Below, in pieces: positions 52,860-62,750 of a DNA stretch of 64,000 nt. Location: the NCBI GenBank assembly GCA_031416075.1, contig JANOSY010000089.1, positions 21,087 to 85,086 of the forward strand, read 5' to 3'. The position numbers and the translations under genes were made by a program. The notes below the pieces were generated by a model. It was not told where the DNA came from, ran no database searches, and saw only the letters and a program-made list of their open reading frames with translations. Source of the DNA: Candidatus Tenderia sp. Its GTDB lineage: Bacteria; Pseudomonadota; Gammaproteobacteria; Tenderiales; Tenderiaceae. The first letter of the stretch is position 1, and the number at the start of each line of letters is the position of its first letter.

Positions 52860-52865
52860 AGCAGT

Positions 52866-53645
52866 TTATAACTCTGATGGGTTTAGCCCCAGCACTTGCC
52901 GGGTATTGTGGGTTGTCTCTCTGGCCACGTCTGTGATGGTCTCATCTCTGAGTGCAGCCAGTGCCGCCAGATGCGCGGGCAGATACTCGGGGCTGTTGCG
53001 TTGACCACGATGGGCGACACCCACCATATCTGGGGCGTCGCTCTCCAGCACGATGGCCTCTAGCGGTAGTTCACGTGCCAGACGGTGAATCCTGTTGGCG
53101 CCATCGTAGGTCATGGTGCCGCCAAATCCAAGTTTAAAACCCAGCTCAATGAAGCGCCTGGCCTGCTCGATGCTGCCGTTAAAGGCGTGGGCGATACCGC
53201 CTTTAACCGGTATCCGCCGCAGGGTACTGAGCACCTGATCGTGTGCTTTACGGATATGGAGGATCACCGGCAGGTTGGCGTCACGGGCGATGGTGAGCTG
53301 CGCTTCAAACAGGCTCTGCTGGCGTGAACGATCCAGTTCGGTCATAAAAAAGTCGAGGCCGATCTCACCAATGGCGATGACCTCTGGGGTGGTGGCGAGC
53401 TGCTGCTCCAGCCACGTCACCGCCCCCGTGCCGTGCTGCGCTATATATATGGGGTGTAGCCCCAGAGCGGGATGCAGTCCAACCTCAGCACGGCAGAGGG
53501 CGATTAGCCCCGGCCAGCGCTCCCTATCCACTCCCGGTACCACCAGCTCGGCAACACCGGCTTGGCGGCAACGTTGCAAAACGGCAGCGCGGTCGTCATC
53601 AAACTCGGCCACATCAATATGGCAGTGGCTATCGATCAGCTGCAT
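52866..53645 (-). CDS. TatD-family hydrolase
   Basis: IDSHCH, GLHP, GEIGLD, ESDAP. Confidence 0.92.
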   Translation of the reverse strand: MQLIDSHCHIDVAEFDDDRAAVLQRCRQAGVAELVVPGVDRERWPGLIALCRAEVGLHPALGLHPIYIAQHGTGAVTWLEQQLATTPEVIAIGEIGLDFFMTELDRSRQQSLFEAQLTIARDANLPVILHIRKAHDQVLSTLRRIPVKGGIAHAFNGSIEQARRFIELGFKLGFGGTMTYDGANRIHRLARELPLEAIVLESDAPDMVGVAHRGQRNSPEYLPAHLAALAALRDETITDVARETTHNTRQVLGLNPSEL

Positions 53646-53711
53646 CGACCATCACTCTGGGGTTCATGGTGTATCATACCGCCACTCTAAACCATTGTTA
53701 GACTGCCCGCT

Positions 53712-54446
53712 ATGAAGCCTGTGCCGGAAGATACCCTCTACGCCAATCGTCACGATCACCTGGTCGATTTTGAATTCAACGAGGATGTGGCGCGGGTTTT
53801 TCCCGACATGATCCGCCGCTCCGTACCGGGATACGGCACCCTGATCACGCTGATTGGTCTGCTGGCGGAGCAGTACGCCCAGCCCAATACCCTCCTCTAC
53901 GACCTGGGTTCATCCCTGGGTGCCGCCACGCTGGCGATGCGCCGCCGCCTGCCACACCACGACTGCCGCATTATTGCGGTTGATAATTCAATGGCAATGG
54001 TGGAACGGTGTCGCAACAATATCGCCGAGGAGCTCTCCCCTGTGGCGGTGGATGTGATCTGCGCCGACATTTGTCAGCAGGTCATAGAGAACGCATCGGT
54101 GGTGGTGCTTAATTTCACACTGCAATTTCTATCGCCGGAGGATCGTCTGGCGCTGTTGAGTAACATCTACAAAGGGTTGGTGCCAGGCGGGGTGCTGCTA
54201 CTGTCAGAGAAGATCATCTTTGAAAACCAGCAAGAGCAGGCGCTGCAAAGCGATCTGCATCTCAGTTTTAAGCGGGCCAACGGTTATAGCGAGATGGAGA
54301 TCAGCCAGAAACGTACCGCGCTGGAGCGAGTATTAATTCCGGAGAGTATTGAGCAGCATCAGAGACGTCTGACTGAGGCCGGGTTTGGCCACTATCAGCA
54401 GTGGTTTCAATGTTTTAACTTTGTTTCACTGCTGGCAGTTAAATGA
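53712..54446 (+). CDS. cmoA: Carboxy-S-adenosyl-L-methionine synthase
   Basis: VFPDMIRRSVPGY, YDLGSSLG, NFTLQF, FKRANGYSEMEISQKR. Confidence 0.93.
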   Translation: MKPVPEDTLYANRHDHLVDFEFNEDVARVFPDMIRRSVPGYGTLITLIGLLAEQYAQPNTLLYDLGSSLGAATLAMRRRLPHHDCRIIAVDNSMAMVERCRNNIAEELSPVAVDVICADICQQVIENASVVVLNFTLQFLSPEDRLALLSNIYKGLVPGGVLLLSEKIIFENQQEQALQSDLHLSFKRANGYSEMEISQKRTALERVLIPESIEQHQRRLTEAGFGHYQQWFQCFNFVSLLAVK

Positions 54447-55417
54447 TCGACTACAGCTCACTCTACCCACGGTTAAGGGGTACGGCGTTGGAGGCGTGGG
54501 GCCACACACTGCCGGCGATGATTGAGCAGCGCCTGAACAGTAACCGGCATGGCGATTATGAAAAATGGCTGACGGCATTACAATCACTGCCGCCATTGAG
54601 TGCCGAGACTATCGATCTGATTGATAGTGTGACTGTGACCAGCAGTGGTGGTGGTGAAGAGACACGTAAGCACTTGGAGCAGGCGTTACGCCAGCTCCAC
54701 CCGTGGCGCAAAGGGCCATTTTTTATCCATGGTATCCATATCGATACTGAATGGCGTTCCGACTGGAAGTGGGAGCGGCTCAAAAACCATATCGCGCCAT
54801 TAACGGGGCGTACGGTGCTGGATGTGGGGTGTGGCAGCGGTTACCACTGCTGGCGCATGGCCGGCATGGGGGCGGCGCTGGTGATCGGTATCGATCCCAC
54901 ACTGCTCTATGTGATGCAATATTTTGCTATCCGCCATTTGCTGGGCGAGCAGGGCAAGGGGGTCTACGTCCTGCCCCTGGGGGTTGAGGATCTGCCACCC
55001 CGGCTTGAAGGGTTCGATACACTTTTCTCAATGGGGGTGCTGTACCATCGCCGCTCACCGCTTGACCATCTGCTGGAGCTACACGCGGCACTGCGTCCAG
55101 GTGGCGAGCTGGTACTGGAGACGTTAGTCATCGATGGCCCCTTGGGGGAGACGCTGATGCCGGAGGGGCGTTATGCCAAAATGCGTAATGTCTGGTTTAT
55201 CCCCTCACCCGCAACGTTGGAGTTATGGTTGAGACGTTGTGGTTTTAAAAATATTCGTACGGTGGACATCAGCGTCACGTCTATTGAAGAGCAACGCAGT
55301 AGTGACTGGATGAAATTTGAGTCGCTGCAAGAGTTTTTAATGCCCGACGATCTGAGTCGCACCTGTGAAGGGTATCCGGCACCACGGCGGGCGATTGTTG
55401 TGGCTGATCGTGTTTAA
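54443..55417 (+). CDS. cmoB: tRNA cmo5U carboxymethyltransferase
   Basis: PWRKGPF, IDTEWRSDWKW, YAKMRNVWF. Confidence 0.94.
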   Translation: MIDYSSLYPRLRGTALEAWGHTLPAMIEQRLNSNRHGDYEKWLTALQSLPPLSAETIDLIDSVTVTSSGGGEETRKHLEQALRQLHPWRKGPFFIHGIHIDTEWRSDWKWERLKNHIAPLTGRTVLDVGCGSGYHCWRMAGMGAALVIGIDPTLLYVMQYFAIRHLLGEQGKGVYVLPLGVEDLPPRLEGFDTLFSMGVLYHRRSPLDHLLELHAALRPGGELVLETLVIDGPLGETLMPEGRYAKMRNVWFIPSPATLELWLRRCGFKNIRTVDISVTSIEEQRSSDWMKFESLQEFLMPDDLSRTCEGYPAPRRAIVVADRV

Positions 55418-55505
55418 CAAAAAAAGAATTTGTTAAACATATCAACAAATTGAATTTCATCGACTTTACTGCTAGTTTAACCAGCACTTACCTCCCCTGA
55501 AGTGG

Positions 55506-57752
55506 TTGCGAATGACAGCTTCGAATGATTCATGCCGTAACATGTGCTCCCTGGATCAGCTTAATCAGCTATTGCAGGCCACCAATACCCTGATCCAGGC
55601 GCTATCCATGGCGACGGCTCGGGAGGTACTGCTTGGCGACGGAATTGCCGCGCTCTCGCTATTGGTCAACGCTCGCTACGGCGCGATTGTGATGACGTGC
55701 GGTACAGTGGTTGGCGAGATGATCACTTACGGTATCAGCGGCGCACAAGACAACCGCGCGGCGCTATTCACCCCAGCACTGTTACAGGGCATGGTATCAG
55801 CCGTTGAGCCTGTCAACTTTGATCGTTCCGCGAGGGTCACGACGGTACACAATATTGCTGCGAATGCCCCGGCTATGACATCGTTACTGGTAGTGCCTAT
55901 CGTTAGCAGCAGTGGATTGTTTGGTCACATCTACCTCTGTAACAAGCAGGATCAGTCCTCTTTTAACGATATTGATCAGCAGTTGGTCTGTAACTTTGCC
56001 TCATCGCTGGCGCTGGTGCTCGATAACATCCAGCAGCGGCAGGCAAAAGAGAAGGCGGAAGAGCAGACTTGGTTACATGCCAAGGCGTTTGAAAACAGCA
56101 CCGAAGCGGTGTTGATTACCGATGATGAAGGGACGGCACTCAGCATTAACCAGACCTTTAGCCGCATGACGGGTTATGCCTTGGATGAGGTGAACGACAG
56201 TTTTCCCTACCTGCTGACGGCCAACAGAAAACGGCGCAGCTTTTATGTGCAGATCTGCCATGAGTTACAGGAGCACGGTTTCTGGAACGGGGAGATGGTC
56301 TATCGTCGTAAAAATGGCGAGACCTTTCCGATGTGGGTCAGTTTAAGTGCCATCAAGAATGATCAGGACGAGACCAGCCACTATGTGGGGCTGCTCAGCG
56401 ACATCAGCGAACGGAAACGTTTTCAGAAGCAGATTCAGTACCTTGCCTGTTATGACTCGCTCACCAATCTGCCTAATCGCGCCCTGTTTATTGACCGCAC
56501 CCGCCAACTGGTCTCAAACAACAAACGCACTACCCGCCAGTTTGCCATCCTCTCGATCAACATCGACCAGTTCAAAAATATCAACGATACCTACGGTCCG
56601 GCCGTGGGCGACAGGCTGCTCCAGAAGTTTGCCCGTCGGTTGCAACACAGCCTGGGTGATGGCGACACCGCTGCCCGGCTGGGGGGGGATAAATTTGGTA
56701 TGACGGTTACCGCGTTTACCTGCTCTGACAATCTGGCGGTGATAGCGGTCAACATTCTGGATGCCCTGGCACGGCCCTTCAAAATGAATAAGCGGGAGCT
56801 TTACATCACCGCCAGCATTGGGATTAGCCGTTACCCCGCCGATGGCCAGGACGCCGCCACCCTGATCAAACATGCTGAAGCTGCGATGTTTCACGCCAAG
56901 TCACAACAGCGTAACCACTTTCAGTTTTATCAGGCCGAGGTCAGCGCCAATCGTAGCAAGCGGGTGCGGATGGAGGCAGACCTGCTGCATGCCCTTGATC
57001 ACAATGAGTTTGTACTGCACTATCAGCCCAAGGTCTGTTTTAGCAGTTGGCGCATTAACAGCGTTGAGGCGCTGATTCGCTGGCAACACCCTGAACAGGG
57101 GTTAATCGCCCCCAACGAATTTATTCCACTGCTGGAAGAGTGTGGTCTGATCAATCAGGTGGGTGAATGGGCGTTACTGACCGCTTGTGCCCAGATTAAC
57201 CGTTGGCTTGATGAGGGTATAACCCCGCCTAAAGTGGCGATTAATGTCTCCGCCCATCAGTTTGAGAAGGATGACTTTATTCACACCCTTGCCAGGGTGT
57301 TGGAAGACAATCGCAACTGCGCCCACTATCTTGAGATTGAGATTACCGAATCGATCCTGATGCGCGATGCCCCCCAGGCCAGCAGAATCTTGCGCCGTGT
57401 TCGAGACATGGGGGTCCATATCTCAGTGGACGACTTTGGTACGGGCTACTCATCCCTGGCCTACCTCTCCAGTTTCCCTATCGATACATTAAAGATAGAC
57501 CGCACCTTTATTCAGTCCGTGACTGAAAACCATCATGACGCCACCATCACCCGCTCCGTGGTTGATCTGGCCCATAGTCTTGGTTTGCAGGCGTTGGCCG
57601 AAGGTATAGAGACCCGTGCCCAGCTCGACTTCCTGACCACGCTGGGGTGTGATGCCGGGCAGGGATTCCTGTTCAGCAAACCGGTGGAGGTGGCCATACT
57701 GACAGAGCGCCTGCGCCATGCCCGTTGTGTGGATCTGGCAGAGTGTGTCTGA
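55506..57752 (+). CDS. GAF-PAS-GGDEF(degenerate)-EAL protein
   Basis: DSLTNLPNR, GGDKF, EALIRW, DDFGTGYSS; start uncertain. Confidence 0.9.
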   Translation: MRMTASNDSCRNMCSLDQLNQLLQATNTLIQALSMATAREVLLGDGIAALSLLVNARYGAIVMTCGTVVGEMITYGISGAQDNRAALFTPALLQGMVSAVEPVNFDRSARVTTVHNIAANAPAMTSLLVVPIVSSSGLFGHIYLCNKQDQSSFNDIDQQLVCNFASSLALVLDNIQQRQAKEKAEEQTWLHAKAFENSTEAVLITDDEGTALSINQTFSRMTGYALDEVNDSFPYLLTANRKRRSFYVQICHELQEHGFWNGEMVYRRKNGETFPMWVSLSAIKNDQDETSHYVGLLSDISERKRFQKQIQYLACYDSLTNLPNRALFIDRTRQLVSNNKRTTRQFAILSINIDQFKNINDTYGPAVGDRLLQKFARRLQHSLGDGDTAARLGGDKFGMTVTAFTCSDNLAVIAVNILDALARPFKMNKRELYITASIGISRYPADGQDAATLIKHAEAAMFHAKSQQRNHFQFYQAEVSANRSKRVRMEADLLHALDHNEFVLHYQPKVCFSSWRINSVEALIRWQHPEQGLIAPNEFIPLLEECGLINQVGEWALLTACAQINRWLDEGITPPKVAINVSAHQFEKDDFIHTLARVLEDNRNCAHYLEIEITESILMRDAPQASRILRRVRDMGVHISVDDFGTGYSSLAYLSSFPIDTLKIDRTFIQSVTENHHDATITRSVVDLAHSLGLQALAEGIETRAQLDFLTTLGCDAGQGFLFSKPVEVAILTERLRHARCVDLAECV

Positions 57753-57827
57753 TGGCCCCTGAATGGACTGGCAAAACTGGTACAACAGGCCGATGATCTA
57801 AATGGTTTATCCAGGGGATCCAAAAAG

Positions 57828-58484
57828 ATGAATGAAGAGAATATACAGGTGATTGTGGATGGCACCCTGGCAGAGGGTGCCACAGCTGCCGAGGCTAAGT
57901 CACGGATCGCTCAACTTTTTAAGACCAGTGTTGACAAGATAGAACCGATGTTCAGCGGCAAACCGTTTGCCGTTAAACGGGAGCTGGATCTGGAGACCGC
58001 ACGTAAATACCAGGCGGCGTTACTCCAGGCGGGGCTGATGGCCAAGTTGATGGCAGCGGCCCCACCGGCAGCCCAATCAGCCGCGCTGCAAAACGCCTCA
58101 TTGGCCGCTACCGGGAGCGATATCGATACCACGCCCGCCCCTACCCCCCTCAATATTGATACCAGCGCCATCTCCATGGCCGACGCCGGCATCACCATCA
58201 TGGAACATGCCCCCGTTGCGGCAGCGGAGATCGATACCAGTCGGCTACAGGTAGATCAGGCTGGCCAGACGCTTGACCAGACCCCCACCCCCGTTGCCCC
58301 TGACATAGATACCAGCCGCATCAGCCTCGCCAGCGTAGGGGAGGATGTGATGGACTACCTACCCATTCCAGAGGTTGATATCGATACCAATCTCACTATC
58401 GCCGAGGCGGGCATTACCATCATGGAACACAAACCGGTCGCCCCTGTACATATTGATACCAGCAAGATCAAACTGGCCGACTAG
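57828..58484 (+). CDS. Hypothetical protein with about 25-aa IDTS tandem repeats
   Basis: Repeating IDTS.ISLA..G..IM units. Confidence 0.7.
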   Translation: MNEENIQVIVDGTLAEGATAAEAKSRIAQLFKTSVDKIEPMFSGKPFAVKRELDLETARKYQAALLQAGLMAKLMAAAPPAAQSAALQNASLAATGSDIDTTPAPTPLNIDTSAISMADAGITIMEHAPVAAAEIDTSRLQVDQAGQTLDQTPTPVAPDIDTSRISLASVGEDVMDYLPIPEVDIDTNLTIAEAGITIMEHKPVAPVHIDTSKIKLAD

Positions 58485-58510
58485 TAGCCCAGCGGGCGGT
58501 CCGCGCCCCA

Positions 58511-59236
58511 TTGCATACATCACCCCCTCAACGGATGTTAAAGAGAGTGTCTGTGTCACGATTCTGGACTGCCCATGGCCTGATCCCCGCCCTGCTGTTT
58601 GTTATTGCCGTGGTTGTATTTGAAACCACGACCTTGGATGTCAGCCTTGCCAACCATTTTTATGACTTTGCCAGCCAGCAGTGGCCGTACAAAGATAGCT
58701 GGTGGGCATCCCAGCTGATCCACGAATATGGCCGCCGCCTGATTGTGCTGCTATTCCTGATCAACGTAGGGGTGCTGGCATTGGCCTATCTTCGCCCACG
58801 CCTGAAAGAGTACCGCCGTCCCGCCGCCTACATGGCGCTGGTGTTGATCTTTGCCCCCTTGATTGTCAGCATGGGTAAAAAAATCAGTAATACCGACTGC
58901 CCCTGGGAGCTGGACATCTATGGTGGCGACCGGCCACACGTACTGCTGTTTGAAGATCGCCCCAACAACCTGCCCGCCACCCAGTGTTTCCCCGGTGGCC
59001 ACTCCTCCGGCGGCTTTGCCCTGCTCGGACTCTACTTCCTGTTTCTTAAACGCAATACCCGGCTGGCCAAGCTCGGGCTTGTCATCGGCCTGGGGGTCGG
59101 CGGCCTCTTTGCCTTTGGTCAAGAGGCGCGTGGCGCCCACTTCATCTCCCACGACAGCTGGTCCGCCGCCATCTGCTGGTTCACAGCACTGGGAATATAC
59201 ACAGTAATTTTCAAGCAGAGGCTCTGGTCAGACTGA
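58511..59236 (+). CDS. PAP2-family membrane phosphatase
   Basis: K......CPW, FPGGHSSGG, RGAHFISH. Confidence 0.85.
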   Translation: MHTSPPQRMLKRVSVSRFWTAHGLIPALLFVIAVVVFETTTLDVSLANHFYDFASQQWPYKDSWWASQLIHEYGRRLIVLLFLINVGVLALAYLRPRLKEYRRPAAYMALVLIFAPLIVSMGKKISNTDCPWELDIYGGDRPHVLLFEDRPNNLPATQCFPGGHSSGGFALLGLYFLFLKRNTRLAKLGLVIGLGVGGLFAFGQEARGAHFISHDSWSAAICWFTALGIYTVIFKQRLWSD

Positions 59237-59271
59237 TACAATGGGTAGCCACTCCAGAGGGATATGCCGCC

Positions 59272-60345
59272 ATGAGCAAACAACTACCGCACGCGCTGCA
59301 CGGACGCGGCGCCATCAGCAATCCCGACAACCGTTTTGAATCAACACAGCGCGAACTGATCGACGACGGCTGGGACAGCCTCGACCAACCGCTCGAACCG
59401 ATCCGCACCACCCTCACCATCGACAGCGCCAAAACGGTGATCAGCTACAACCAGTCGCCCGACATTCCGTTTGACCGCTCCATCAACCCCTATCGTGGTT
59501 GTGAACACGGCTGCGTCTACTGCTTTGCCCGCCCCACCCACGCCTACCTCGGACTATCGCCGGGGCTAGACTTTGAAACCAAACTTTTTTATAAACCCGA
59601 TGCCGCCACGCTCTTGCGTGAAGAGCTGGGCAAACGCAACTATCAACCGCAACCCATCGCGCTCGGCATCAATACCGACTCCTATCAACCCGTCGAACGC
59701 ACAGTTGGCCTGACACGCCAGATACTCGAAGTGCTGCAAGAGACACGACACCCCGTCACCATCGTCACCAAATCAGCCATGATCGAACGTGACATCGACA
59801 TACTCGCCGAGATGGCGCAACAGAATCTGATCAGCGTCGCCCTCTCCATCACCACACTCAACCGCGACCTCAGCCGTCGCTTAGAACCACGCGCCGCCGC
59901 ACCACAACGCCGCCTTGAAACCGTGCAAAAACTCAGCGACGCCGGTATCCCCGTATCAGTACTCATCGCACCACTCATCCCCGTGCTCACCGACAGCGAA
60001 CTCGAAACCATCATGGAGCAATCACGCCACGCCGGAGCCAGAAGTTGCGGTTATGTACTGCTACGCCTGCCCCATGAACTGAAAGAACTCTTTCAGCAAT
60101 GGCTGCACGAACACCAACCACTCAAGGCCGAACATGTGATGAACAGAATCCGCGACTGCCGCGGCGGCAAAGAGTACCAGGCAGAATTTGGCACACGCAT
60201 GAGCGGTGAAGGAATCTTCGCCGACCTGTTAAGACAACGTTATCAGCGCGCCATGAAGCGGCTTGAGTTTGGAGGTATGCCGGAGCTGGAGACACAGCAC
60301 TTCATCAAGCCAAGGAAAGAGAAAACGCAGATGGAGTTGTTTTGA
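59272..60345 (+). CDS. PA0069/Rv2578c-family radical SAM protein
   Basis: GRGA.SNP..RF, SINPYRGCEHGCVYCFARPTH. Confidence 0.9.
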   Translation: MSKQLPHALHGRGAISNPDNRFESTQRELIDDGWDSLDQPLEPIRTTLTIDSAKTVISYNQSPDIPFDRSINPYRGCEHGCVYCFARPTHAYLGLSPGLDFETKLFYKPDAATLLREELGKRNYQPQPIALGINTDSYQPVERTVGLTRQILEVLQETRHPVTIVTKSAMIERDIDILAEMAQQNLISVALSITTLNRDLSRRLEPRAAAPQRRLETVQKLSDAGIPVSVLIAPLIPVLTDSELETIMEQSRHAGARSCGYVLLRLPHELKELFQQWLHEHQPLKAEHVMNRIRDCRGGKEYQAEFGTRMSGEGIFADLLRQRYQRAMKRLEFGGMPELETQHFIKPRKEKTQMELF

Positions 60346-60376
60346 GGGTTGGCATACACCGCGGGAAGAGCCCAGC

Positions 60377-60400
60377 GTAGGGTGCATTCCATGCACCCTA
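60377..60400 (+). repeat. GTAG-type REP hairpin
   Basis: G-TAGGGTGCAT-TCC-ATGCACCCTA. Confidence 0.65.
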
Positions 60401-60413
60401 TGAAACTCTTTCG

Positions 60414-61214
60414 CTAATGCTCCGCAGTTGTGCCAAAAGGAAGTTTTCGAAAACTAAGATGCTCAAGCCTAAACTCAAAGGTGTCGCGTACATTTTTCAA
60501 AGTGAATTCTGTATCTGCTATAGGGATACACTCAATGAGTTCCAGCCCCTGTGAGGCAGTAATCAAACTACTAAGTGACTCGGCTATTGTTTGCGCGCGA
60601 TCAGAACTACCCGACTCGGCTGTATTGGATACCACATAGACCCATAATTCGTAAGGTTCCTGCTCAGGAAGCTCTTCATTGCGCGGCTGATAGTCGATGA
60701 ATATACCCAAAACATCATCGGCTGATTTTTTAAGTTTATTATTAGCGCCTTCGAATACCGGGCTCATGCGATTATTAAGGGTGTCTGGAAACGCATGCCT
60801 ACGATAACGCGCCGCGAGCCAGCGCTGAAGTACATACCGATTACTACCAGAGACAGAAAACGAGTTGTCTGGAAAAGTGCCTATCAAGTCAGCTTTTTTA
60901 ATGCTTTTCTTCTCTATGGCCATCATTTCGAAGAAAAAAGGCTGGCCGTTGCGTAAAAACTCTAAGTGCAAACGGCGGGTGTTTTTGGCCTGCGCGAAAT
61001 TCCCGTCGATACTTTGGATTGCCCGAGCGATGATGACCTCAACGTAAGGTTCGTCGGTTAGATTATCGTTAGCAATATCGCAATCATGTGATATTAGGAT
61101 GGCAAAATCATCCCCACTATGCAGCTCAAGCAAACGAATCGCTATCCCTGCCGCCAGGACTGAGCCTTGTCGATAAGGAGTTTCGCGTCCCCAACCCTGC
61201 GTCGTCTCTGTCAC
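60414..61214 (-). CDS. Hypothetical protein, putative toxin/effector
   Basis: YRQGSV, ILISHDCDI, WLAARYRRHAFPD; last gene of a coupled triplet. Confidence 0.55.
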   Translation of the reverse strand: MTETTQGWGRETPYRQGSVLAAGIAIRLLELHSGDDFAILISHDCDIANDNLTDEPYVEVIIARAIQSIDGNFAQAKNTRRLHLEFLRNGQPFFFEMMAIEKKSIKKADLIGTFPDNSFSVSGSNRYVLQRWLAARYRRHAFPDTLNNRMSPVFEGANNKLKKSADDVLGIFIDYQPRNEELPEQEPYELWVYVVSNTAESGSSDRAQTIAESLSSLITASQGLELIECIPIADTEFTLKNVRDTFEFRLEHLSFRKLPFGTTAEH

Positions 61215-61227
61215 TCAAAACGCCTCT

Positions 61228-61956
61228 TCACTCAGGATAAAGTGGAATGCTTTCGGATGATAACTCCTCATCCGGGAGTGGCACTTGACCAGACCCGCGA
61301 GCTTTACTCCGGGTCATAGCCTCCTTCTCATCAAGAGAACGCAGAGCATCAAACCGACTGTAAACTTCCTGGCCTTGTTTAAGAAAATCAAAAAAGGAAT
61401 CGCCATTTTCAAAAACGGGTCTTTTTACAAGGTTTCCTGCTCGATGAAGATCAAGCTTAGCGAAATTATCCGCCACCCTGGCAAGCCAGAGAATTTTTTC
61501 TGCTGCTTCTGGTCTTGGTTCTTGGCCATCTAGCCATGCATATATAGTTGGTCGCGATGAACTCAACAAAGTAGCAAGGTCTGTTGCATTCAATCCAAAA
61601 GCTTTTCGGATATCTTGCAGCTGTTCACTTACCGTGCGGGTTTCAGCTTCTTTATAACTGGTTGTGGAATTTGCAGTTTCAGTAGAGAAGCGCACTAAAT
61701 TAGCGCGGTTACGGGATAACAACTCACGCAGACCATCCTGAGTTAGCCCATGCATCGCACCCGATCCGAAAATAGTACAAGCCATTGTTGTTGCAATTCC
61801 AAATCGGGAAATAAACCTTAATGGTGTATTGAAATAATCAAAGCGCTCCTCTGTTACTTTTGGTTGAATAGGCATAATGTTTGTCTTCGCTGGCTGCGGA
61901 ATAGAACAACCGGTACGAAAAGCCAGTCCTCTCGCCGGAAAAGATGTTGCTGTCAT
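61228..61956 (-). CDS. HTH DNA-binding protein with a long low-structure N-terminus
   Basis: IRKAFGLNATDLATLLSSSRPTIYAWLDG; ATGA overlap with the upstream stop. Confidence 0.7.
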   Translation of the reverse strand: MTATSFPARGLAFRTGCSIPQPAKTNIMPIQPKVTEERFDYFNTPLRFISRFGIATTMACTIFGSGAMHGLTQDGLRELLSRNRANLVRFSTETANSTTSYKEAETRTVSEQLQDIRKAFGLNATDLATLLSSSRPTIYAWLDGQEPRPEAAEKILWLARVADNFAKLDLHRAGNLVKRPVFENGDSFFDFLKQGQEVYSRFDALRSLDEKEAMTRSKARGSGQVPLPDEELSSESIPLYPE

Positions 61957-62750
61957 TTCCATTGCTCCTTAGCGAAAGGAGTGATTGTGTTCTCGAACGC
62001 GAGGCTAATGCCCTCCCGCAGTTTATAAAGTGCTTCCTCGATTACAGGAACCGAATATTCAATCCTACTATCCAAAAAGCAGTCATTATCAAGCACCGTA
62101 ACTATCCCATTGCATGGACTAAAGCGTTCCTGAATTACCAAAGGCAGAGGCAACAACTCCGGTGGCAAAGGAGGGTAGTCGCTTTGCGACTTAACTGTAA
62201 ATGCCCGGCTGATCAACGTTCCACAAGGTAATTGGGCAACAGTTTCGACCATGCTATGCAGAAGTCCTTCATCAAACTTCCCACTTAATCCCTGGGCTTC
62301 AGGTTGAATATACTGACTGATAGTCTCTCCGGTAGTCGGCATCACCGCATTAAGGTAGCGCAAGCCAATGCGCTCAATGAAATCAAGCTCGACCACTTTG
62401 TGCACAATTTCCAAGCCTTCAAGTAACTCGGCAAAAAAACCCCCGCGCTCCTGATATTGTGTGGTGTGATAGATCAAAGCATCCTGCAACAATAGAAATC
62501 CTGCGGTTTTTTCACGGTTAGAGATACGCCAACGTGCGACCTCCCGCTGTTCTACCTTCTGCGACTGAGAACCGTCCATTGACACACCAAACGACACCAC
62601 ATGCTGCTTGTCATCTTGAATATCTGAGTAACCAGCCCGGCGCAGGAGGTCCGCAATCTCTGTTGCGTACTTCTCCATGACGGGGATAGCATTGAATTGG
62701 ACGTGTGCCAAAACGTAGAAAACGGGAGCATTGCTCCATTGAGTGCTCAT
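61953..62750 (-). CDS. TIGR04255-family protein
   Basis: NAPVFYVLAHVQF, IERIGLRYLN, VLDND, FENTITPFAKEQW. Confidence 0.75.
   Translation of the reverse strand: MSTQWSNAPVFYVLAHVQFNAIPVMEKYATEIADLLRRAGYSDIQDDKQHVVSFGVSMDGSQSQKVEQREVARWRISNREKTAGFLLLQDALIYHTTQYQERGGFFAELLEGLEIVHKVVELDFIERIGLRYLNAVMPTTGETISQYIQPEAQGLSGKFDEGLLHSMVETVAQLPCGTLISRAFTVKSQSDYPPLPPELLPLPLVIQERFSPCNGIVTVLDNDCFLDSRIEYSVPVIEEALYKLREGISLAFENTITPFAKEQWK

Noticed and set aside
57760-57827. c-di-GMP riboswitch (GGCAAAAC...) after the EAL gene
   Set aside because: Lacks the GAAA tetraloop / GACGCAAA second-stem signature
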